From: Candidatus Poribacteria bacterium
GTDB lineage: Bacteria > Poribacteria > WGA-4E > PCPOR2b
Direction: 5' to 3'
Assembly (NCBI GenBank): GCA_965198175.1
Contig: OZ240245.1
Location: 2,560,001-2,624,000 of the forward strand
DNA length: 64,000 nt
Notes under the pieces: generated by a model
Databases searched by the model: none
What the model was told of the DNA's origin: nothing
What the model saw: only the letters and a program-made list of their open reading frames with translations
Program-made: the position numbers and the translations under genes
Shown here: positions 51,867 to 59,900 of the stretch, piece after piece
Numbering within the stretch: position 1 is the stretch's first letter
How the letters are laid out: every line of letters begins with the position of its first letter

Positions 51867-54161
51867 TTAGTTGGAGGTCTCGCAGGGCAATTGGGTGTAC
51901 CCCAACATGTTAACAATGTCTTCAGGTACGGCTGTGCCGATTTCCTGTTCTAGGTGCGAGATGGTCGGGTAGCGTTGATGAAACGCCTCCACAAAATTCA
52001 TACCGAGGTTTTTCGCTGTTGCCAGGTCGGACTTCGCATCGCCCCATTTTTGCAGATGCATAAACGCGAGTGCGCGACTGACGAAAGTTTCGGCATCATC
52101 TGGATTCAACACTATCGCCCTGTTAAAATCGTCGATAGCTAGGTCATAGTCGCCATTTTGGAAGTATGCCGCGCCACGATCGTTCAATGCTTCAGAATAT
52201 CTTGGATTCATTTGAATCGCTTTGGTGTAGTCGGCAATTGCCAAATCGAAATTGTCTAGCATCTGATAAGCTAAGCCGCGATAATAGTGAGTTTCCGTCC
52301 AATCGGGTTTCAGGGCTATCGCTACGTCATAATCTTGAACGGCGCGCTCGTAATTTCCTTTGCGCAAGTAGGCAGTGCCGCGATTCTTGTAGGCTTCTAC
52401 ATCGTTGGGGCAAATATCAATCATAGCGGTGAAGTCAATAATCGCGGAATCATAATTATTAGTTTCGAAGTTTGCCAACCCGCGATTGTGATGTGCTTCA
52501 ATAAGACTTGGCTTCAACTCAATAGCTTTGGTAAAATCGGACATTGCATAGTCCAGCATGCCCGCCTTCTCATAGGCGAGACCGCGCATATTGTGTGCGT
52601 CCGCACGGCGAGGATCTATGGTTAAGGCAATGGTGAAAGCAGGGATGGACTTGTCGAGTTCTTCTTTCTCATAATATGCTTTGCCGAGATTGTAACGTGC
52701 GTCGAAGAAGAGAGGGTTGATTTTAATCGCTTCGTCGTAATCTTGAATGCCACGATCGAAGTCACCCTTGCGACAATAGGTCATCCCACGATTGCTATAC
52801 GATGTGGCATCGTTGGGGCGCAATTCAATGGCGCTATCAAAGTCCTTGATGGCACTGCGATACGATCCGAGCTTATCGTGAACGACGCCACGGTTATTAT
52901 ACACTTCAGGCAACTGCGGGTTACGGCACTCCGCTTCATTATAGTGCCGTATTGCTTCCTGATAATCGCCATTACTGTAGTGCTGCAATCCCGCCACGAA
53001 TTCCACATATGCACTCTGATGCAAATATTGGTATTTAACGAAGCCATGAATGTCATTGTATATGCTGTTGGTGGAGATACCGTGATGTTTTCGTAAATAA
53101 TTTAACATGGGCGTTTTGAGATATGCGGGTATACTAATCGCACGGTCTGGAACAATATAACCGTTCGGGGGCTGTACGAACACGCTCTTCTGTGATATAA
53201 CGCGGTTTACCTGGTTACGAGGTACCGTGATGCCGTATTTTTCTTTGGATTTCTCGGTTTGCCTTAACATAAAGATTCGTCCATCGTCATCATGAGAACC
53301 GTCACATGCAAAGAACAGTGCTACAAGGAAGTCAGTGCTGAAATCTATGAGGTTGGTTTTCCCGCCGAAGTGCTGGAGTTGTGTGAGAAATTCAAAGTCG
53401 GAGGTTTTCTTGACAAATCGCTCTGCCTCTTTAAGCATTTCGTCTTGGGCAATTTTTATACTGAAGTGTTCCGACTGAATGTGAGGTTCATAGTGTCTGT
53501 ACAGAGTCGAGGAAATCTTGCCATAGTATTGGCACTCACCGCGATAGATGTAGTCTCCATCGTGGGATGCGCGAACTATCTCCTGGATTTTCTCTAGAAC
53601 TTCCGCTACTGCTTCTTCGGAATTGAGCTTTACTGGCACGGCGGTTTTCGTCAGATTGGTCAGGTTCCGTGCAGCAATCACTATTAGTTGCTCAAATAAC
53701 TCAAACAACGACGAAATCTGGAGTTCGCGGTTTGCGTTTTGCTCGGAACCATCCTCAAGATAGTATTGACGCATAGGTGCGATATAATCGTGTAGGTAAT
53801 AGCCCAGGTCTTTCAGTAGGCGGTTAGTGTCGTTGTATCCGGCGCGTGCGATGGAAGTCTGAATGTCATTTTGCGTGTCGTTTTTGAGTCTTCTGTGGGA
53901 TTTCTCCAGATTGTCGTTTTCTCGAGGCCATTTGGCTTCTGCGACGAGGAGTGCGTTGTAAGTTAGCTGAAATGCGGTCGCAATACATGCTTGGGCAACA
54001 TTTAGCCTGTTGGGGTGGGGCGCCTCGTTATTTGGAAGCGCTTCGTTTTCTGTGTCCAACTGCTCGGAAAGCTTTGCCCACTCTCGGGCGTCGGTGAGCC
54101 AAGCCGATGCGGTTTTTCGGTCTTGATGGCGTTGCTTCTGTTCATCGGTGTTGTTGTCCAT
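51867..54161 (-). CDS. FRG-domain protein with a HEPN-like N-terminus and about 10 TPRs
   Basis: YIYRGE, QHFGGKTNLIDFSTDFLVALFFAC, RVISQKSVF (FRG); 34-aa TPRs; AGGAG RBS before ATG 54161; TGcTATAAT extended -10 at 54211-54219. Confidence 0.88.
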   Translation of the reverse strand: MDNNTDEQKQRHQDRKTASAWLTDAREWAKLSEQLDTENEALPNNEAPHPNRLNVAQACIATAFQLTYNALLVAEAKWPRENDNLEKSHRRLKNDTQNDIQTSIARAGYNDTNRLLKDLGYYLHDYIAPMRQYYLEDGSEQNANRELQISSLFELFEQLIVIAARNLTNLTKTAVPVKLNSEEAVAEVLEKIQEIVRASHDGDYIYRGECQYYGKISSTLYRHYEPHIQSEHFSIKIAQDEMLKEAERFVKKTSDFEFLTQLQHFGGKTNLIDFSTDFLVALFFACDGSHDDDGRIFMLRQTEKSKEKYGITVPRNQVNRVISQKSVFVQPPNGYIVPDRAISIPAYLKTPMLNYLRKHHGISTNSIYNDIHGFVKYQYLHQSAYVEFVAGLQHYSNGDYQEAIRHYNEAECRNPQLPEVYNNRGVVHDKLGSYRSAIKDFDSAIELRPNDATSYSNRGMTYCRKGDFDRGIQDYDEAIKINPLFFDARYNLGKAYYEKEELDKSIPAFTIALTIDPRRADAHNMRGLAYEKAGMLDYAMSDFTKAIELKPSLIEAHHNRGLANFETNNYDSAIIDFTAMIDICPNDVEAYKNRGTAYLRKGNYERAVQDYDVAIALKPDWTETHYYRGLAYQMLDNFDLAIADYTKAIQMNPRYSEALNDRGAAYFQNGDYDLAIDDFNRAIVLNPDDAETFVSRALAFMHLQKWGDAKSDLATAKNLGMNFVEAFHQRYPTISHLEQEIGTAVPEDIVNMLGYTQLPCETSN

Positions 54162-54461
54162 CTGGTTTTCGTCTCCTAAAGTTGCTGGGTGTGGCAGTAT
54201 TAACGAAGATATTATAGCACTGGATGAGTGGGATTTGGTAGGTTGAAATGGGGGCGGGGTAGGTGGTAAGGGTGAGGGCATTCCCAGAATGGGATCTCGA
54301 CGGTAACTCTATCGGTATTTACTTTCGCGTCTCCTAAAAGATCTGAAAGCGAGTTCTATCAAATTCGCTGTCACGGAACTCTATTGCGCCGGATTGGGCG
54401 CGGGAACCGCGCCCCTACGGAGAACACTGTTCACTCGGTTGATCGATTTCCACTCGTTTGA

Positions 54462-54598
54462 TCAATTCGCTTCCTTGAGCCCACAATTTCCGTATTTAAA
54501 CCTCGCAATCGCGCCCTGCTTTGCCAATTCTGCACGCGCATAATTTGCCGGCATCTGCGGCGATTTCCATCGCCCCGCAACCTTCATATTCGCAACAG
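54462..54598 (-). pseudogene. 5'-truncated copy of the recombinase 3' end (copy 2)
   Basis: Reads VANMKVAGRWKSPQMPANYARAELAKQGAIARFKYGNCGLKEAN*. Confidence 0.9.
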
Positions 54599-54601
54599 TT
54601 C

Positions 54602-54840
54602 TTGTAGGTTGGGTTGAGCGGGTTCCGCGAAACATGTTAATTGTGAGGAATGAGTTTGGTTTGTTGATTGCGTTGAAGATAATGTATGCGCGTAGCGTAA
54701 CCCAACGCTTTTCCCTAGTCCGGCCCTTTCAAAAGCGTTGGGTTTCGCTACACACATTTCGCTAAGTGTGAGGTTTGGTACACCGGACGAATCTTGCCGT
54801 AGAAACGGTTTTGGAATTACCCGCTCTACCCAACCTACAA
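54602..54840. repeat. REPIN-like element with nested inverted repeats
   Basis: Outer 21-bp IR (20/21) TTGTAGGTTGGGTTGAGCGGG; inner 21-bp IR (20/21) at 54692-54712 / 54731-54751. Confidence 0.85.
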
Positions 54841-55017
54841 AAGCCAAATACTAATCGACGCCAGTTTCTCCTGTATGAATACGGTTTTGTTGACATTTCA
54901 TGGCAACTGGACAATCAACGGCAGTGCCGAGACACATGACCATTGGTAGGGGTTGGGTTACCCAACCCTCTGTTCCCACATGAAATCCGTATGGTTGGGA
55001 GTTCCCTTCCCCCCAAC

Positions 55018-55947
55018 CTACCCACTGTCATCTTTCCCGTATTTAAACCGCGCAATCGCGCCCCGCTTTACTAATTCCGCGCGTGCATAATGCGCCGGCA
55101 TCTGAGGCGACTTCCACCGTCCCGCAACCTGCATATTCACAACTGACGCCCCCGCTCGCGCCAGCGATACCGCGGACCCGACCCGAAGCGAGTGTCCCGA
55201 AATGTAACCCTCCAATCCCGCCTCGCGCGCCCTGCGTTTGATAGCGTTTCGCGCACCGTCAACCGATAGCCTGCCCACGGTGATGTTATCGCCGCGTCGA
55301 ATCCGTCGAAAAAGCGCGCCCTCGCTGATACCTCCGGCGTCGCAATACCACCGAATCACCTCGCGTGTAGGAGTCCCAATGTACAGCGCAACATTTGAGG
55401 CGACCCCCGTCCCCGGATCGGTCTTTGACTGATGTACCGTCAATGCGCTATGAACATCAGTCACATCTACCGCAACCGCTTCGCTGATTCGTAACAGACA
55501 ATCGCTCATCAACCGAATCAACGACGAATCTCTCAATCCGGTAACGGATCCCTCAGCTTCGGCAAGCGAACAGACCCGCTCTACGTCCCGCCAGGTCATG
55601 CCATCCACCTGCCCGCGCCCTCTGCCTCTGCCTCTACGCCGAATGCCTGCCAGCGTCTTTTCCGTAATATCGAACAGGAGGTAATTTTCACCTTCGCTGT
55701 GATTTTTTGCCGTCCATTTCACCGCTGCCACAATTTTACTGATTGTCGCTGGCGCCATTCCGTCTTGATACAACTCCGTGATGTAGCTTGCAAGTAAGTT
55801 ATCGCACAAGTCTCGTCCATCCAACCAATTCTCCAACTGCTGCATTGCGCACCGATACGCCTTCACCGTACTCGGCGCGATGCTGGCATTCACTAACTCC
55901 TCTGTTTCGTCGCTGATGGCGACCTGATTCCAAGCTAACGTTTTCAT
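55018..55947 (-). CDS. Cre-like tyrosine recombinase
   Basis: Catalytic set intact: LLRISE (R), SKTD (K), SGHSLRVG (HxxR), AGRW (W), HYAR (Y); N-terminal core-binding domain; GGAGG RBS before ATG 55947. Confidence 0.92.
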   Translation of the reverse strand: MKTLAWNQVAISDETEELVNASIAPSTVKAYRCAMQQLENWLDGRDLCDNLLASYITELYQDGMAPATISKIVAAVKWTAKNHSEGENYLLFDITEKTLAGIRRRGRGRGRGQVDGMTWRDVERVCSLAEAEGSVTGLRDSSLIRLMSDCLLRISEAVAVDVTDVHSALTVHQSKTDPGTGVASNVALYIGTPTREVIRWYCDAGGISEGALFRRIRRGDNITVGRLSVDGARNAIKRRAREAGLEGYISGHSLRVGSAVSLARAGASVVNMQVAGRWKSPQMPAHYARAELVKRGAIARFKYGKDDSG

Positions 55948-55987
55948 AATCTCCCCTCCGTTCCATTCCATGGTACTTACGCTCCTC

Positions 55988-56021
55988 ATAATTCCATAGA
56001 AATACTATTCTACAGAATTAT
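55988..56021. other. loxP-like 34-bp recombination/operator site
   Basis: ATAATTCCATAGA-AATACTAT-TCTACAGAATTAT; arms 11/13 complementary with an asymmetric 8-bp spacer; 40 bp upstream of the Cre-like gene. Confidence 0.75.
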
Positions 56022-56036
56022 TAACGGTGTTGTCAA
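56007..56036 (-). promoter_or_regulatory. Sigma70 promoter of the recombinase; -10 lies inside the lox-like site
   Basis: Minus strand TTGACA-N18-TAGAAT. Confidence 0.7.
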
Positions 56037-56627
56037 GGATGTTTTTCTATTTTATAGCTAAAAGACAACTTATTAGGAGAGCGTAACATAATATGCCAAT
56101 GTTTGTCAAATTCCGATGAAAATTGAATAGGGCATCGGGGGTAGAACGAAAGTATCGAGGTTCATTTGCGTTCGCTCCATAAGAAACCTGGTTTAGGTCG
56201 AAGTAAATTTACAATTGCACGATATATCGAAGTACCTTGGTCACAGCGAAAAAACGATTCTACAGGGACCTTTGTATGGGGACCGCTGAAAAGTCAAAAC
56301 TTTAGAATAGTATATGTGTCGACTTATCTGTTTCCGAAACCAATTTGCTAATGGATCTTCAGAGTATTCTTTTAATCTCGTGTAGTTGCATTAACGATAA
56401 AAACACCCTTTTGGTTGATCCAGCCGGGGAAATTTTTTGTGTCGCTCTATAACTACGACATCAACGGTTTGGCGGTGCGAAAATTGAATGATTAGTCTCG
56501 TGGATAATCACATTTTGAAACACACAAAGTACGGCGATTACACAAAATGTCCCCTCTGCAACTTACAGCACGTGAGCTAGGTCAGTGGATTGTCGAAGCC
56601 AAGCATCAGCATTTAAGTGTTAATGGG

Positions 56628-56891
56628 AAATCCGTTCAACACAGACACATGGGATCTGTATCGGTTGGCACACGACACCGATGTGGAGATCTCGCTCTAC
56701 GACATCAACGGTGTATTGGTGCGTCAACTGAAGCTGGGTCATCAGCGGGCGGGATATTGCACAGAACGGAATCGTTCAGCGTATTGGGATGGTCGCAACG
56801 GGTTCGGTGAGCGAGTTGCAACTGGGTTATATTTCGATCGACTTCAGGTGGACAGTATGTTGCGTCTGCGAAAGATGGTCATCCTGAATAG
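56628..56891 (+). pseudogene. Orphan remnant of a C-terminal sorting domain (T9SS-A/FlgD-like)
   Basis: NPFNTDTWDLY...YWDGRNGFGERVATGLYF...RKMVIL, colinear with 61998-62262; a 1-nt deletion (CTGAATAG vs CTGAAATAG) shifts the stop out of frame. Confidence 0.85.
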
Positions 56892-56994
56892 ACCTGATTT
56901 ACATTCCATTTTTTCGGGAAAACCAAGGGCTTCTATACTCCGGAGGTCTTACTTCTCTACTACAGTACAACAAACAAAAAGGAACTGACAAACG

Positions 56995-59900
56995 ATGAAA
57001 AAATTTTACATACCCTTGATGATTTTGACACTGTTCAGCAATAATATTTACAGCGCGAGTGCATCGGATGCGGCAGATTGGATGCCGGACGCGAATCTAA
57101 GAGACGCTGTGCGAAAAAGTCTTGGGCTCGCTAATAACGAAGACCTCACACAAGCGAAAATGTTGGACCTCACCGAACTCAGAGCCGCTGGTAGAGGCAT
57201 AAGCAACCTTACCGGCTTGGAACACGCCACCAACGTAACCATTGTAAGATTAGCGGGAAACCAAATCTCGAACATCAGTCCTCTTTCCGTCTTGACATCA
57301 GTGACAAAGTTGCGGCTTCAAGGCAACGAGATTACTAGTGTCACCTCGCTCTCCGACTTGACGAATCTGACCGAGTTGTTCTTGAATGATAATCAAATCG
57401 CGGATGTCACGCCATTGACGAAATTAAGCAGGCTTGTGACATTACGGCTTGCGAATAACGCGATTACCAATGCGCATGTGCTTTCGAGTCTCACAAATCT
57501 GAACAGTGTTGATATCTCGATTCCCGATCCGCCGCAGGACAGTTCAGTAAAAGCGGATCCGCTGCCGCCCGAAACACTTGTGGATGCGGAGCCGCCCAGC
57601 GTGAGCATTTCCGTCCCGTCGGGAGTACAGAACGGTGCGTTTAATGCAACAATCACGTTTACCGAGACAGTATCAGGCTTTGCGGGTTCAGATGTTTCCT
57701 TGACGGGTAGCGCCGCAAGTATCACGTCGTGGAGCGCTAACAGTGATAACACCGTTTATACTGGCACAATTACTCCGACAGCAAGTGGGACGGTGACAAT
57801 TGGCGTGGCGGCAGATGTTGCTACCGATGGGGCGAATAACTCTAACACCGCCGCGACATCACAAAGTGTAACCGTAGATGTTGACAGACCGACGGTGACC
57901 ATTGGCGTACCATCGGGGACGCAGACGGGCGCATTTGATGCAACCATAACCTTCTCGGAATCGGTATCGGGGTTTACACAATCCGATGTTTCGCTGACCG
58001 GCAGTGCGGCGAGTATCACGGGGTGGCGTGCTAGCAGTAACAGCACTGTCTACACTGCAACGATAACACCGACGGCAAGCGGCACCGTGACAATTGGCGT
58101 TGCCGCAAATGTCGCGACCGATGCAGCAGACAACCAAAATACCGCCGCAAATTCAAAAAATGTAACTGTCAGTGTGGATACAACAGCACCGGGTGTTAGT
58201 CTTGCTGTGCCGTCGGGAGTACAGAACGGCGCGTTTGCTGTGACAATCACCTTTACAGAGACGGTATCAGGTTTTACCCAATCCGATGTTTCTTTGGCCG
58301 GCGGTGCGGCAAGTATCACGTCGTGGAATGCGAATAGTGACGACACGGTTTACACAGCGACGATAACCCCGTCAGCAAGTGGTACGGTGACGATTGATGT
58401 CGCTGCGAATGTCGCCACCGATGCGGCAAATAACCAAAACACCGCCGCAACTTCAAAAACAGTGACCGTAGATGTTGACAAGCCAACAGTGACCATCGGT
58501 GCACCATCAGGGACGCAGACAGGCGCGTTTGATGCAACCATAACCTTCTCGGAATCAGTATCAGGTTTTACCCAATCCGATGTTTCCCTGAGCAGTAGTG
58601 CGGCGAGTATTACGGGTTGGAGTGCGGATAGTGACGACACGGTTTACACAGCGACGATAACCCCGTCAGCAAGTGGTACGGTGACGATTGGTGTGGCTGC
58701 CAATGTCGCCACCGATGCGGCAAATAACCAAAACACCGCCGCAACTTCAAAAACAGTGACCGTAGATGTTGACAAGCCAACAGTGAGCATCAGTGTGCCA
58801 TCAGGCGTGCAGAACGGTGCGTTTTCTGTAACAATCACGTTTACAGAGACGGTATCAGGTTTTGCGGGTTCAGATGTTTCCTTGACGGGTAGCGCCGCAA
58901 GTATCACGTCGTGGAGCGCTAACAGTGATAACACCGTTTATACTGGCACAATTACTCCGACAGCAAGTGGGACGGTGACAATTGGCGTGGCGGCAGATGT
59001 TGCTACCGATGGGGCGAATAACTCTAACACCGCCGCGACATCACAAAGTGTAACCGTAGATGTTGACAGACCGACGGTGACCATTGGCGTACCATCAGGG
59101 ACGCAGGCAGGCGCGTTTGATGCCACCATGACATTCGCGGAAACAGTATCAGGCTTTGCGGGTTCAGATGTTTCGCTGACCGGCAGTGCGGCGAGTATTA
59201 CGGGGTGGCGTGCGAATAGTGATAACACCGTCTACACTGTGACAATCACACCGACAGCCAGTGGCACGGTGACGATAGGTGTCGCCGCTAATGTTGCGAG
59301 CGATGCGGCAAATAACCAAAATACCGCCGCAACTTCAAAAAATGTAACTGTAGATGTTGACAAGCCAACAGTGACCATAGGGGTGCCATCGGGTGTACAG
59401 AATAGTGCGTTTAATGTATCGGTCACGTTCACAGAGGCGGTGTCCGGGTTTACGCAGTCCGACCTCTCAGTCGGTGGCACGGCGAGTGCGTCAGTCACAG
59501 CGTGGAGTGGCACACGCAATACAACCTACACAGCGACGATAACCCCCACTTCCAGCGGTACAGTAACCTTGAACGTCGCCGCAGGGGTTGCTGCCGATGC
59601 AGCGAATAACTCAAACACCGCTGCTACTTCGCAAACCGTACGTATTGATGTAGATGCGCCGAGTGTCAGCATTACGGTGCCGACCGATGAACAAACAGGT
59701 GCGTTTGATGCGACGATAACGTTCATGGAAACGGTGTCAGGCTTTGTGGGTTCGGATGTATCTCTGACGGGTAGTTCGGCGAGTATCACATCGTGGAGTG
59801 CAAATAGTGATGACACCGTCTACACAGCAACGATAACCCCGACAGCAAGTGGTACAATGACAATTGGTGTTGCCGCCAACGTAGCGACTGATGATGCAAA

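Noticed and set aside
51509..55947. Classical integron
   Set aside because: The recombinase is Cre-like with no recognisable IntI insertion, and I saw no attC-type RYYYAAC...GTTRRRY sites
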